A stretch of DNA of 63,560 bases. Origin: a virus. The stretch lies in IMG/VR virus record IMGVR_UViG_3300000217_000002, positions 1 through 63,560 of that record; one strand, 5' to 3'. Positions 9,601-19,025 of this stretch are shown here, in pieces (position 1 is the first letter of the stretch; each line of letters starts with the position of its first letter). A model generated the notes under the pieces. The model was not told the origin of the DNA. It saw nothing but the letters and a program-made list of their open reading frames with translations, and did no database searches. The translations under genes and the position numbers were made by a program.

Positions 9601-11418
9601 CTTGCAGACATCGCGACTATCGCCGCGGCGAATTCGACAGACGAATTGGGCGCGAGCCTGAGAGACGCTGCGCCTGATCTAGTGAGTTTGTCCGACACCC
9701 TGAGAGAGATCAGCAAAGGCGTCCCAAAGCTGGCGGCAGAATTAAAGAAGACGGAAGAGTTGGAGGCACTAGGTGAAACCCTAGAAGCCGCGGGACTTTC
9801 TGCCGACATTGAAATGCTTACAGCACAAGTCGAGCAGTTTGCCCGACTGTCTGCGCTCACAGCCAATATTCCTTTCATCGGTCCGGCTACCGCCCAACGC
9901 GCTGAAGAACTTCAAGCTATTCTCGACGCAACTTTGGCCCGGATTGCAGAGATCAACAAACCCCGTCAGACGCGCGAAGCAAGAGACCCGTTCAAGGAAG
10001 CTCGCGAACGACTGGAAGAAGCTATCGCAGGCGACGAACTTAAATTGGAGCTGGACCAGCTTCGAAGCCAAGGCGACGAACTTAGTGCAATCCTTCTGGA
10101 GCGAGCAAGTTTCGTGGACGGCATCCTGTCTGAATTATCCGTAGACCAACAAAGAACCTTGGCAGAAGAACTCGGCACCACCTACGAAGAACTCGGTAAT
10201 CGGATTTTCGAAGCCACGCGTGCAGAGAAAGCCAAAGAAGGTCTCGAAGCTATCGTAGAAGCGGTGTCGGAGGCACAGATCGCGCTTGACGAAGCTACGC
10301 GTGGTGACGACACCTCGGCGGACCGTACGACAAACTTTGCCGGACAACTCGCTCGTGACATTCAGGAAATGCAACAAGAGGTAAACCAACTCGACTTGAC
10401 TCCCTTGGAAGCTCAACAAGCACAAGAGGGTATCGAGAGAGTTCGCGCCCTACGGATTGCAACCTTCAATCTAGGAGAAGCCGAGAGACAATTGGCAGAC
10501 GCTAGAACCGCCGCACAGCAAGGTCTGGCCGTGTTGGCTGATCTGGAAGAGAGGCGCAAACTCCTAGTGCAACAACTGGGCGTGGCTATTCAACAAAACA
10601 ATCAGGCGGACGTAAGTCAGCTACAAGGACGGATCAACGAGCTGGACGAAGTTATCGTCAAGGCGCGAGACGATGCTCGTGATCTACTCATGAATGTTGT
10701 AGACCTCGGAGGGGACGAAGCAATTACCGCGCTAGAACGACTGAACGCTGGATTTGAAAAGACCCAACAAACAGTGGCCGGAACACAAGTCACCGTGATG
10801 CAAGTGGCTAATATCATCGCCGATAACCTGACTGATGCAGTGTCTCAGTTTGCGGAGGCCGTCGCCAACGGCGAGAACCCAATCAAAGCGTTGGGTCGTG
10901 CACTACGACAGTTCGCTTCGGACACGCTGATCGAAATTGGACGAGTAATCGCTCGGGCCTTGATTATGCAAGCGGTTCTTGGGGCTCTCGGTCTCGGCGG
11001 TATCGGTGGCGGCACTGGCGGCGGAAATCTTATCCGCGGCATCGTGGCTCATGAGGGCAAAAAAGGTGGTAAATCCAGCAACCGTTCACGGAGCGTAGAC
11101 GCTTCAGTTTTTGCCGGAGCACCCAAATTCCACCAAGGTCGAACAGGTCTCTCCACCGGTGAGATGGCTGCGATCATCAAAACCGACGAAGACGTTCTTA
11201 CTCGGGATAACCCCTTCCATTCAGCCAACCTCGGCAATACGGTTGCAGGCATCCGAGGTCAAGGTGCCGGAGGAGGAGCCATGGACGTTAAGATCGTGAA
11301 TGTGATAGAACCTGCGGACATCTTGGAAGCGGCCTTGGCCGATACACCGGGACAAAGGGTGGTGTTGAATTACATTCGTCGCGACGCAGAAGATATTAAC
11401 GCGACATTAGATCGATAG
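6637..11418 (+). CDS. Tail tape measure protein
   Basis: A 1593-aa ORF. The N-terminal half is Ala/Gln/Arg/Glu-rich and coiled-coil-like, the middle has hydrophobic Gly/Ala segments, and it occupies the canonical position after G/T. Confidence 0.85.
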   Translation: MASRDIKMVISATDKASQATDAVREALVALREAQMGAMDSADQTSNSLTAFGSTLGTLQQTLRGNNVGEQLETQFEKARAATRRLEEGLEEATRSQVEYARRSKESASAVEVERRSVIALEAALSKERATRNALRTELNRANRPIARAEASGGTATPEQLAAAERAEQAFKRQAAAVQALENNLATARGRVRDLVAEEKRLATAADNAGDRIVDQNQKLVSARAALLKMGVEAGRAEDALQELGRSAAVELQRAVAAQRQLTGTAGVDFNSAQAGVGPAEQEFLQAQRAADEYQVTLGESAQKTRELRAESDRLEKAFQDQRGLAEALRQEYIEQQQTLARLGMISRETATDVNEIAARQARFTAEQERGQRAVERIRQSINRYQSSINRASERTARLAAEQTRLQAAAVRAGTGTRTLSAALRQFFGEGKRALSITQRLRGQVLSLATQYVGFFAVFQGVGAVVNSVQQLEGATNSLAAVFDGDFDAVNGELDFLRRNADRLGIGFGQLSEDYTKFAAATKNTPIQDETRAIFIRVAEAGRVLNLTADQMSGTLTALSQIASKGVVSMEELRQQLGDRLPGALQIMADGLNISTAELIKLIETGELSSTALVGFAGELEKRFGPQLAGSLTSLNAELGRFANALFESQIAFANGGFLESFVSLIRTATETLKSADFQSFLGSIGQGFSLAFGLAEAAIRNFQLVFTGLVAFMSVKFLPVIIGTIASVGAFGVQILRAGRLALGAAAGIRAGAVSMGQMAAGARSAAVSVGLLANTTKGALASTGIGLTVVAITTVMAALSTQADETAEALERQKGIVDALKNTYDTGADSIEDYAEALSQLTAAEARQNLRALQQEAASLEAQLDNILTLRGESGQGSGFGQFFDGVEGVDIGNLFGGNRFGSQFTREFAEEIKALAVAFDGGAISAREFELATQRAAEAQNFSDAENSKFIRTIELVEENIEVRQQLGTAVQLNAVKVKELRGELELADIATIAAANSTDELGASLRDAAPDLVSLSDTLREISKGVPKLAAELKKTEELEALGETLEAAGLSADIEMLTAQVEQFARLSALTANIPFIGPATAQRAEELQAILDATLARIAEINKPRQTREARDPFKEARERLEEAIAGDELKLELDQLRSQGDELSAILLERASFVDGILSELSVDQQRTLAEELGTTYEELGNRIFEATRAEKAKEGLEAIVEAVSEAQIALDEATRGDDTSADRTTNFAGQLARDIQEMQQEVNQLDLTPLEAQQAQEGIERVRALRIATFNLGEAERQLADARTAAQQGLAVLADLEERRKLLVQQLGVAIQQNNQADVSQLQGRINELDEVIVKARDDARDLLMNVVDLGGDEAITALERLNAGFEKTQQTVAGTQVTVMQVANIIADNLTDAVSQFAEAVANGENPIKALGRALRQFASDTLIEIGRVIARALIMQAVLGALGLGGIGGGTGGGNLIRGIVAHEGKKGGKSSNRSRSVDASVFAGAPKFHQGRTGLSTGEMAAIIKTDEDVLTRDNPFHSANLGNTVAGIRGQGAGGGAMDVKIVNVIEPADILEAALADTPGQRVVLNYIRRDAEDINATLDR

Positions 11419-11429
11419 GAGCGAAGTAA

Positions 11430-12407
11430 ATGGCTGTTCAAAATGGTATCGCGATGGGGCATGAAGACTACTTCAACCGCCTGCTTGATTTCTTGCAGAA
11501 CGACCCCGATCTGGTCGCCGCGGGCGAGAACTGGACATTGGTTTGGAACAACAACCCCAGTGACCCGAATGAAGTGGTCCTATCAGCCCCGGGTCTGGCC
11601 GGGCAGGATGAAATCTTCGTTGGATTTGACTTGCGTTTCAACATCGCTGCAAATCTATACGACATGGTTATGCGAGGTTTTACGGGCATAATCCCGAGCG
11701 CAGAGATGTGGGAAGGGCATCTGAACCCGTCTCCCGATGTAAGGTTCTTCCTTGATGCTTCACCGTTTGAATATTGGTTCGTCGCTAACGGGCGTAGGGT
11801 TTTGATGGCGCACCGCATTAGTACCGTATACCAATCAGCCCATGCCGGGCTCATACTTCCGTATGCGCAACCCCCGAGTTACCCATATCCACTACTGGTA
11901 GGAGGCACCACAGGTGAGTCTTCAAGATCGGACGCGACCACATGGCGCTCAACCAGCACGGATCACAACGATTACCTCCATGGTTTTCGATCAACAACGA
12001 CAGGTAACGTAACGAGTTCTCCAGCTTATCTAATCGACCCAAACGGTGCGTGGAGACCTTTGTCCGGTACGCTGAGTGGTGCGTCCGGCAGCGTAGTGTT
12101 TAATGACGTGATGTGTCACCCATATGAGTCAGGTCCGGATTTCATCACTCGCAACGCTCCTGCTAGTGAAGAGGCGTTGACGGAACAAATCAGCGCCTAC
12201 GGGGGAGATTTCGCCACCCAACCAGTGACCCTGTTCCAGAGCCAACCGACAAACCAAGTGTTCGGTATCTTGGACGGAGTTCTGGCTTGTCAGGGCGTGA
12301 ACAATGTCGCCGAAAACATCTTGACAATAGACGGGGTGCAACATTTGGTTCTACAAAATACCTTCCGTGCCGCCGGGCACGATTATCACGCCATTCGTTT
12401 ACAGTAA
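11430..12407 (+). CDS. Tail tip/baseplate structural protein (hypothetical)
   Basis: A 325-aa ORF right after the tape measure. No motif recognised. Confidence 0.5.
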   Translation: MAVQNGIAMGHEDYFNRLLDFLQNDPDLVAAGENWTLVWNNNPSDPNEVVLSAPGLAGQDEIFVGFDLRFNIAANLYDMVMRGFTGIIPSAEMWEGHLNPSPDVRFFLDASPFEYWFVANGRRVLMAHRISTVYQSAHAGLILPYAQPPSYPYPLLVGGTTGESSRSDATTWRSTSTDHNDYLHGFRSTTTGNVTSSPAYLIDPNGAWRPLSGTLSGASGSVVFNDVMCHPYESGPDFITRNAPASEEALTEQISAYGGDFATQPVTLFQSQPTNQVFGILDGVLACQGVNNVAENILTIDGVQHLVLQNTFRAAGHDYHAIRLQ

Positions 12408-12487
12408 GGAACTCCCATGTTTGTTCTTAGCAATATCGCCGCACTCGCTGAAATCCCTCCCTTGGTAGCCTCGCTCGCCACCACGGA

Positions 12488-12599
12488 AGGATGGGGTGTA
12501 GACAACACAGACCCGACACGTCCGATTCTCACGCGCCCGGGAGAGGATGGGGTGTAGACAACACAGCCCCGACACGTCCGATTCTCACGCGCCCGGGAG
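12488..12599. repeat. Tandem duplication: two 56-nt copies, one mismatch (12511 a vs 12567 c)
   Basis: aggatggggtgtagacaacacag[a/c]cccgacacgtccgattctcacgcgcccgggag occurs twice, back to back. Confidence 0.95.
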
Positions 12600-13456
12600 G
12601 CGGCCTGCCCATCAGCGTGTTCGGGCAGGATAACGGCGGTAATGGTTTTGGTTCTTTGGACTTAGAGTCTTCAGCCGATCCGGGCAACCTAGCCCGTGCC
12701 AACAACATCCGTCTGAATGGAACTGTGACTAGCCCTGAGACCCCTCTTCCGACCCGATTGTTTCTCTTTTCCGGAACGGAAGATGGGAACGCCTTTATTG
12801 CGGGCGTGATTGAATTCGGGTTCAACCGGTTTCGCATGTTCTACATCGGGAACATGGTCCGTAAAGGGAACTATACAGGCGGAGAAGTCATAGCGGCTAA
12901 CAACCATGAACCTGAAACAACGGACTTTTCGTTTCCTGTCACTACCAGCGACAATAAATTTCTGTTCAAAGGCACCCAGTCTTATCTCAATGAAAACCGA
13001 GTAGGCTGGGTCCATGTCGTTCACCCGGACTCTCCGACAGACTTCAAACCGTTCAGGGCGACTATTTCCAGCTCCAATAGCGACGAGGTGGACAACATCG
13101 ATATCGGATCAGTGATCGGAGGGAACTTCGATAACATCAACGACACGCTACTGACATTCGGACAACAACACTTCGCGGCAGCCGTCTTGATCAACCCTGT
13201 GAACCTTTACGAAGGCTTCGGAAGCCCGCGTTTCCTCAGACCTTTGGGGCATCCAGCCGGGGCACGGTCAGTCAACATAACTAATCTCGAACCCACCCAG
13301 CAAATCACCGTCGGGGCGATCAACTGGCGCGTCTTCCCGGAATTCCGCAAGAGCCCGTCCACTTCCGTAGGACAAGGCCCGAACAGCAATTCATACCCGG
13401 CTGACGAGACTTCTGTCTTCGCCGGAATGGCCTTTCCGGAGAACCTGAATACATGA
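12491..13456 (+). CDS. Tail structural protein. Its original 5' end (ATG 12417) is separated from the body by the 56-bp duplication.
   Basis: An ORF from ATG 12417 (MFVLSNIAALAEIPPLVASLATTEGWGVDNTDPTRPILTRPGE..) stops at 12555-12557. The second repeat copy re-reads GWGVDNTAPTRPILTRPGG in the frame of the 321-aa ORF. Confidence 0.55.
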   Translation: MGCRQHRPDTSDSHAPGRGWGVDNTAPTRPILTRPGGGLPISVFGQDNGGNGFGSLDLESSADPGNLARANNIRLNGTVTSPETPLPTRLFLFSGTEDGNAFIAGVIEFGFNRFRMFYIGNMVRKGNYTGGEVIAANNHEPETTDFSFPVTTSDNKFLFKGTQSYLNENRVGWVHVVHPDSPTDFKPFRATISSSNSDEVDNIDIGSVIGGNFDNINDTLLTFGQQHFAAAVLINPVNLYEGFGSPRFLRPLGHPAGARSVNITNLEPTQQITVGAINWRVFPEFRKSPSTSVGQGPNSNSYPADETSVFAGMAFPENLNT

Positions 13457-15177
13457 TTATCCCGGCGTCCACTTGCCCCCTATCGATCTCTTTGCAGTAC
13501 GATGTTTCGCCTGTGCGAACCAGTCTACAGGGCTCTTGGTCTGTGGATGAGGCAGAGTTATGCCGCGCTTCGGGGTTCACGTTCGACGGTGTTGTGCAGC
13601 CGGTTCCCCGAACAACATCTGCGTGTGACCTTCGCGCGTACGAGGAAGACTTTTTTAACGCGATCTATTTCATCCCACCTGCCGTCAACCTTCAGTCGGT
13701 GGCGACAGATACTCGCGTGGGTGTTTTGCTCTGGAACGCGTTTCTGGAACCTCGGGAACTGCAAGGCATAAACCTCGTAGGATTTGAAGGAATTGAGTTG
13801 AACGGGCCGGAACCCGTGACAACTTTCCTCCCTCTGCAACTGGTAGATTACGAGTTCGTGTTCTCCCCCGCAGGACCTCCGGATATCGACGCATCAGCCC
13901 AACTGTTATTCGACCAAGACAACTCTGCCACCCTGCCTATTACCGGTACGCGGTCCGGGCAATTATTCCTAATACCAAACTGGCGGGAGCCCGTCAGACG
14001 CACCTATTCTTTCCTTTCGGACATTGCCACAGGGCGCACCCAAAGGGAGACTCGTCGGCAGTTAAGAGACGTTCCGCGCATTTCTTTGAGATATACTCAC
14101 ACAGGGTTCTTCTTCCGTATACAGAAGATGATTAGGTTCTTTCAATCTAATCCAGATTTGATAACGGCTATGCCCGATTGGGTTTCAAACGTGCAACTGT
14201 CAGCTCCGACCGCAGCAGACTCAACCGAATTTACGATCGAACAAGGCAGACCGTGGATAGCACCCGGGGCCACCGTGTTTATCCATATCAGAGGAAACAA
14301 AAACGAGGACGAAGAATTTCTTCTGACCACGATAGATGAAGTAACGCTAACGGGTTTCACGACTCAGGCGCAGGCCGGGCGAGTATGGCCTATCGGAACG
14401 GTGGTTTACCGCGGGTTGAACGGTCGATTGAGCGCGAATACCCGCGTCTCCGTTTTGACTAATAACCTCGCTGAAATACAAATCGAGTTTGCAGTCGATC
14501 CGGGTCAAGAAATGTTGTACGAACCCGGACTGCCAATCCGATCTTTCCAAGGTCGCGAATTGTTTGACATCGAAGAGTCGTGGGCCGGACCCCAAGACCT
14601 CTCCTACGTTAAAGAACGTATCGTCAGCGATATGAATCGCGGGCGTATCCGGGAAGTGTCTTTCCTAGAATACACTCCGGAAATCTTCCAAATGGCGTTC
14701 GACCAGTTCGACCTTGATGAAGTGTTCGAGATAGAACGCTTCTTCCTGCGCCAGAGAGGGCGCGTGGGGGAGTTTTGGAGGTCTATGCGTCTACCGGACT
14801 TTAACTTAGTAGCCCCGATCCAGACCGGCCAGACAAGCGTCACTGTAGAAGGTGAAGATGTATTTGAAATCTACCGGGACGATCCTTCGAAAGTTGCGGT
14901 TGAACTGGAAACCCTAGACGGTCGCAGATTTCAACGTGCTATTCTTTCTATCGAGACGGGCTTCGATCCGGGCACCAGCGAACTGATTTTCAATGAACCT
15001 TGGGACGAAGACATTCCGTTGGAACAAGTGCAGCGATTGAGCTGGCTCAACGTCTGGCGCTTGACCTCGGATGATCTGGTAGTAGAGTGGATCACTGACG
15101 AGACCGCCCAAATATCGCTTTCCATAAGGTCTATAGTGGTTGAGCCCTTGGATGATATAGACGTCGGAGAAGAATGA
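13453..15177 (+). CDS. Tail tip/hub structural protein (hypothetical)
   Basis: A 574-aa ORF with an ATGA start/stop overlap with its upstream neighbour. The call rests on position in the tail-tip block. Confidence 0.5.
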   Translation: MIIPASTCPLSISLQYDVSPVRTSLQGSWSVDEAELCRASGFTFDGVVQPVPRTTSACDLRAYEEDFFNAIYFIPPAVNLQSVATDTRVGVLLWNAFLEPRELQGINLVGFEGIELNGPEPVTTFLPLQLVDYEFVFSPAGPPDIDASAQLLFDQDNSATLPITGTRSGQLFLIPNWREPVRRTYSFLSDIATGRTQRETRRQLRDVPRISLRYTHTGFFFRIQKMIRFFQSNPDLITAMPDWVSNVQLSAPTAADSTEFTIEQGRPWIAPGATVFIHIRGNKNEDEEFLLTTIDEVTLTGFTTQAQAGRVWPIGTVVYRGLNGRLSANTRVSVLTNNLAEIQIEFAVDPGQEMLYEPGLPIRSFQGRELFDIEESWAGPQDLSYVKERIVSDMNRGRIREVSFLEYTPEIFQMAFDQFDLDEVFEIERFFLRQRGRVGEFWRSMRLPDFNLVAPIQTGQTSVTVEGEDVFEIYRDDPSKVAVELETLDGRRFQRAILSIETGFDPGTSELIFNEPWDEDIPLEQVQRLSWLNVWRLTSDDLVVEWITDETAQISLSIRSIVVEPLDDIDVGEE

Positions 15178-15178
15178 C

Positions 15179-16066
15179 ATGCCTACAAATTTGTTCACAC
15201 TATTCGACAGCTCGCGTATCTCCGGATCGCCGGTTACCCTCCTCCGATTTCAATTCGGTCCGGGGGCCGGACAGATACGCGGCTACACCAATAACGAGTC
15301 TGATATCACATTCGATAACGTGTTGTACGAAGCCGTGGAGTGTGATCGTGATGCAATTAAATATCGGGGTATCTCAGGCCGTAGAGAATTCACTGTAACT
15401 CTGCCGAACGACACAGAAATTTCCCAGCTATTCCGTTTCCATCCGCCCCCCAATCCAGTAAGCCTTGTTGTTTTAAGCGGTCACCGAACTAACCCGGTGG
15501 AGGCGGAAAGGTTCCAAACTGTCTGGACTGGGCGAGTTTTGTCAGGGAAACCGGCCCCCACTCTCCAAACTACCTTCAACTGTGAGTGGGCAGGGGTATC
15601 TTTGAGACGCAATAACGCCACCCGGAATTATCAGTACAGTTGTCCGTTCTCGCTTTACGGCCCAGACTGCCGAGCGGACCGGGTTGCAGCGACTTTGGAG
15701 ACGTTCGCCACCAACGTAGAAGGTTTCGACATCACTACTCCGATCGGATCACTGGCCATAACAGGCCCCTTCGGAGACGAGATAACTGCGGACAGGTTCC
15801 AGAACGGCACCGTGTCTTGGGACACCCCAAATGGTCGAGAATTCCGATCTATTATTCAGGTCGTGGGCGTAAGTACGCTCCGGATTTCCAACACACCCAC
15901 CGGGCTGATTGCTGGAACGCCCTTGGAAGTCACCTTGGGTTGCAACCGATTGAGCGGACTTCCCGGAGACGAAGGGGATTGCTCCACGGTCCACAATAAT
16001 ATAAACAATTTCGGAGGCTGGGACCACATCCCGGAAGAAAACCCGATCAGCAGGAACAACTTCTAA
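15179..16066 (+). CDS. Tail tip protein, gpL-like (DUF2163/BR0599-type)
   Basis: The ORF is 295 aa with a four-Cys cluster (SCPFSLYGPDCRADR; LGCNRL...EGDCSTV). It lies upstream of the I/J-like genes, as in lambda and GTA-like tails. Confidence 0.5.
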   Translation: MPTNLFTLFDSSRISGSPVTLLRFQFGPGAGQIRGYTNNESDITFDNVLYEAVECDRDAIKYRGISGRREFTVTLPNDTEISQLFRFHPPPNPVSLVVLSGHRTNPVEAERFQTVWTGRVLSGKPAPTLQTTFNCEWAGVSLRRNNATRNYQYSCPFSLYGPDCRADRVAATLETFATNVEGFDITTPIGSLAITGPFGDEITADRFQNGTVSWDTPNGREFRSIIQVVGVSTLRISNTPTGLIAGTPLEVTLGCNRLSGLPGDEGDCSTVHNNINNFGGWDHIPEENPISRNNF

Positions 16067-16422
16067 TGCGTTTACAAGACTTGCCTCTTCTCGAACCCAT
16101 CGAAAAAATAAGCTCGCCACAGGGGGGTTGGACGGCTCGGTCTTGGCTGGTGATGAAGTGGCGTCTATTCATGAAGGACGAACGCGGTATCGACCCCGTC
16201 TCGTTGTTCCTCGTATCGATCGCCCTCCAAGTAGTCGGATACTTGTTGGCACCGACGCCACGAGCACCGGCCCCTCCGTCTGCGGAAGATATTCAAGCAC
16301 CCACGTCGGAAGCTGGGAGACCTATTCCGATTCTCTGGGGTGACTCGCGGATCAAAGGTCCGAACGTAGGCCACTTCACGGACAAATCTACCAACCGCAG
16401 AATGGTGAGGATACGTCGATGA
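16066..16422 (+). CDS. Tail assembly protein gpI-like (C-terminal type)
   Basis: LFLVSIALQVVGYLLAPTPRAP...GRPIPILWGDSRIKGPNV parallels the lambda gpI C-terminus LGASMVLGGVAQMLAPKARTPR...NVLPVLYGEMRVGSRVV. The start could instead be 16153 or 16171. Confidence 0.55.
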   Translation: MRLQDLPLLEPIEKISSPQGGWTARSWLVMKWRLFMKDERGIDPVSLFLVSIALQVVGYLLAPTPRAPAPPSAEDIQAPTSEAGRPIPILWGDSRIKGPNVGHFTDKSTNRRMVRIRR

Positions 16423-16634
16423 GTGATAACATTAGAATGGGCGACATCACCAAGGCGGGATACTGCGCTCGCGGAGCCAGACGGTGGTTCAAAGACAACG
16501 GCCTCGACTATCGGAAGTTCTTGGAGAAGAACCCGGACGGATCATACTATGGAATTCCACGAGATGAATTTCTCGCGACCGGGTGCCCGATGGCAAAAGA
16601 CATTGTAGCTAAGAAGGATGCCAGAGATGGGTAA
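16419..16634 (+). CDS. Small hypothetical protein wedged between the I-like and J-like genes
   Basis: A 71-aa ORF with overlaps at both ends (ATGA at its 5' end). No motif recognised. Confidence 0.5.
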   Translation: MSDNIRMGDITKAGYCARGARRWFKDNGLDYRKFLEKNPDGSYYGIPRDEFLATGCPMAKDIVAKKDARDG

Positions 16635-19023
16635 GAAGACACCCCGCATCCCGGTGGACGATTATTACGCGACAGTATTCTACGGCTGGTGTCTACAGGC
16701 AGACCGGGTTATCGACCTACGAGCGGATGAGCGCACTTTCTGGGAAGGAAGTGTCGAGACTACGCAATCTGTTTTTGTCGACCGCAGGGATTTGTTTGGC
16801 GGCGACGAAATGCAAGGCGGCGTGATGGGTGTTGTCGACTTCCTGATGGGCGATCCAACACAGGTGTTGCCCGCAGCAGTAGCACGCCGGTTCGCCTATA
16901 ACGACATCCCACTCACACCAGAAAACGCACCCGCGTACCGGGGTGTTACCAGCATCATGTTCCGAGGTGCCGGACCGGGGGGCTCCGAGCTTGGAGGGGT
17001 TGGCGGGACAGATGATATATCTCAACCCGGGCAACCGTCGACCGGCGGTTTTCTTGGGGCTATTGCCGCTGCCCGAAACACCATAGCCGGGTTCGCTGGG
17101 TTCTTATGGGGCTCCAATAATCCAATAATCCCGCCGGTTGATGGTCGTTTCCAGAGACACGCTTCTTTGCTAGACCCGGCCACGGCAGTGATCTCCCGCG
17201 ACGGTGAACAATTGGATCACAACCCGGCTCATATGATTTTCGACATGCTTGTGAACCCACAAGCAGGCATCGGTGCATCGGAAGCACAGATTGACCGTGA
17301 TTCATTCGAACAAGTCGCCCAGACCTTGTTCGACGAGCAGTTCGGTCTCACCTTCTTGTGGTCCCGAGAGGATACTTTAGAGTCTGTGATCCAAGACATC
17401 CTTGCCCACATCAATGGAGTCTTGTTTATCGAACCGGACAACGGTTTATTCACACTGCGGCTGTTCCGAGATGATTTCGTGGTCGAGGATTTACCAGTCT
17501 TCGGACCGGAGGAATTGACCCTGACTGATTATGACCGAAAAGGTCGCGGCGAGATAGTCAACAACTACACAGTGACATACACGAATACTTTCAGCCTGAA
17601 TGAAGAAACGGTGAGTGCCGTTGACGAAGCCGGTATCGCCATGCAGCTCGGGGAAGAGATCGCCGGGAATTCCAACTACCACATGGTCCGCGATCGCGAC
17701 TTAGCTTATGAACTGGCAGAACGCCAATTGCGTATCTCGGCAGCCCCTCTCGCGCAGGGCCGTGCCGAGGGGCGCAGGTCTCTGGGCATACTTCGCCCGG
17801 GGGGCCGATTTGTCTTGCGATACCCCGAATATCTAGGTGAAGAAACGATCGTATGCAGAGTAACGGAAATTGATTTCGGCAAGACACAGAGACCAACAAT
17901 CCAAGTGAATTGGACCGAAGATATTTTCACTTTGCCGCAGGCTTTACAATTCACCCGTCAACCTACCCGGCATCTCCCACCAGTTGCCGATCCGACACCT
18001 TTGGACTTCCAAGAAGCCTTTTCGTTACCATATTATATGGCAGTGCAAGTCCCGGACCTGCAACTCGAAGACCAAGATTTCCCGGATACAATAGTCGGGC
18101 TATTGGGCGACCAAGCGGCGAACATCGATACACAAGGTTTCGTTATATTCTCTGAAGCCGTGGACCCTTCCGGGTTGCAAGGGGCTGAATCGTTAGGCCG
18201 GGTTCCGATCACCGATAGGTTGATACTCCGGGACGCCGTAGTGCAGGAAGTAGAGACCGTGTTGAAGATGGACATACCTGATTCGACCACTTTGGTTTCG
18301 GGCGACCTAGTGATGCTTGGCCGGTCCGACGATGACGAAAGCAATACGGAACTGGCTTTGGTTCTGGAGAACCCTACCATCGACGGTCTCGATTTCTGCG
18401 TACGGGTCGCGCGCGGTGTTCTCGATACGACTCCGCAAGATCATCCTGCCGGGGACGAAGTTTGGACGTTGACCCAGAGCTACGGCGGATACGACTTACA
18501 ACCCCGCACCGCAGACGCGCCCGTAGAATATGGTCTAGCCACCATCACCTCGCGCGGTTTCTTGCCCACCGAAGATATAGTGCCTTTCACGTACACCCCT
18601 GTCGCGCGGCCATACCTGCCCTCACGGCCTGCCAACGTCACGGTAGGAGGAACTGTCCAGTTCGGCGTACGTGCCTACGATCCCGACCCGGCCATCGTCC
18701 CGGTCACATGGTCTAACCGAAACCGTTTGGCCGAAGATGTCCTTATCCGTCGCTGGACCGAAGGCGACATAGCTGTGGAACCGGGGCAACTGACGACCAT
18801 AGAAGTACGGGACATCAACGGTGGACTCATCACAACACATGCCGACCTGCCGGGCACGTCTTTCGACATTCCCATCGCCAGCTTTGGCTCGGGGGCTTTC
18901 CATCGCATCCGTGTATATGCTACACGGGATGGGCTTAGGTCATTCCAAGCACACGAAATCGTCGTCAACTTTGCTTCCCGCTCGGGATACGGTGTTGGAT
19001 ACGGCTTCCAATATGGAGATTAA
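16627..19023 (+). CDS. Host specificity / central tail fibre protein (gpJ-like)
   Basis: NPAHMIFDMLVNPQAGIG resembles lambda gpJ NNMAWCLWDMLTHPRYGMG. The N-terminal LFGGDEMQGGVMGVVDFLMGDPTQ is typical of tail-tip proteins. The ATG at 16627 has the better AAGGA spacing (the track starts at 16618). Confidence 0.75.
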   Translation: MGKKTPRIPVDDYYATVFYGWCLQADRVIDLRADERTFWEGSVETTQSVFVDRRDLFGGDEMQGGVMGVVDFLMGDPTQVLPAAVARRFAYNDIPLTPENAPAYRGVTSIMFRGAGPGGSELGGVGGTDDISQPGQPSTGGFLGAIAAARNTIAGFAGFLWGSNNPIIPPVDGRFQRHASLLDPATAVISRDGEQLDHNPAHMIFDMLVNPQAGIGASEAQIDRDSFEQVAQTLFDEQFGLTFLWSREDTLESVIQDILAHINGVLFIEPDNGLFTLRLFRDDFVVEDLPVFGPEELTLTDYDRKGRGEIVNNYTVTYTNTFSLNEETVSAVDEAGIAMQLGEEIAGNSNYHMVRDRDLAYELAERQLRISAAPLAQGRAEGRRSLGILRPGGRFVLRYPEYLGEETIVCRVTEIDFGKTQRPTIQVNWTEDIFTLPQALQFTRQPTRHLPPVADPTPLDFQEAFSLPYYMAVQVPDLQLEDQDFPDTIVGLLGDQAANIDTQGFVIFSEAVDPSGLQGAESLGRVPITDRLILRDAVVQEVETVLKMDIPDSTTLVSGDLVMLGRSDDDESNTELALVLENPTIDGLDFCVRVARGVLDTTPQDHPAGDEVWTLTQSYGGYDLQPRTADAPVEYGLATITSRGFLPTEDIVPFTYTPVARPYLPSRPANVTVGGTVQFGVRAYDPDPAIVPVTWSNRNRLAEDVLIRRWTEGDIAVEPGQLTTIEVRDINGGLITTHADLPGTSFDIPIASFGSGAFHRIRVYATRDGLRSFQAHEIVVNFASRSGYGVGYGFQYGD

Positions 19024-19025
19024 GA

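Noticed and set aside
9264-9878. 204-aa minus-strand ORF and many other ORFs inside 6637-11418
   Set aside because: All lie within the tape measure gene. They are Ser/Ala-rich shadow frames of a GC-biased repetitive gene.
4249-12599. The two near-identical repeat pairs (76 bp and 56 bp) as template/variable repeats of a diversity-generating retroelement
   Set aside because: No reverse transcriptase gene is present. The copies are strictly tandem. Each pair differs at a single position, and only one of the two differences involves an A that could indicate adenine mutagenesis.
16066-19023. ORF 16066-16422 and ORF 16618-19023 (same frame) as one J-like gene split by an inserted small gene
   Set aside because: The upstream ORF matches the C-terminal part of lambda gpI (TM-like segment followed by ...PVLYGEMRVG-type motif), not the J N-terminus. 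Two in-frame stops separate the ORFs. An I, small ORF, J order explains the layout.
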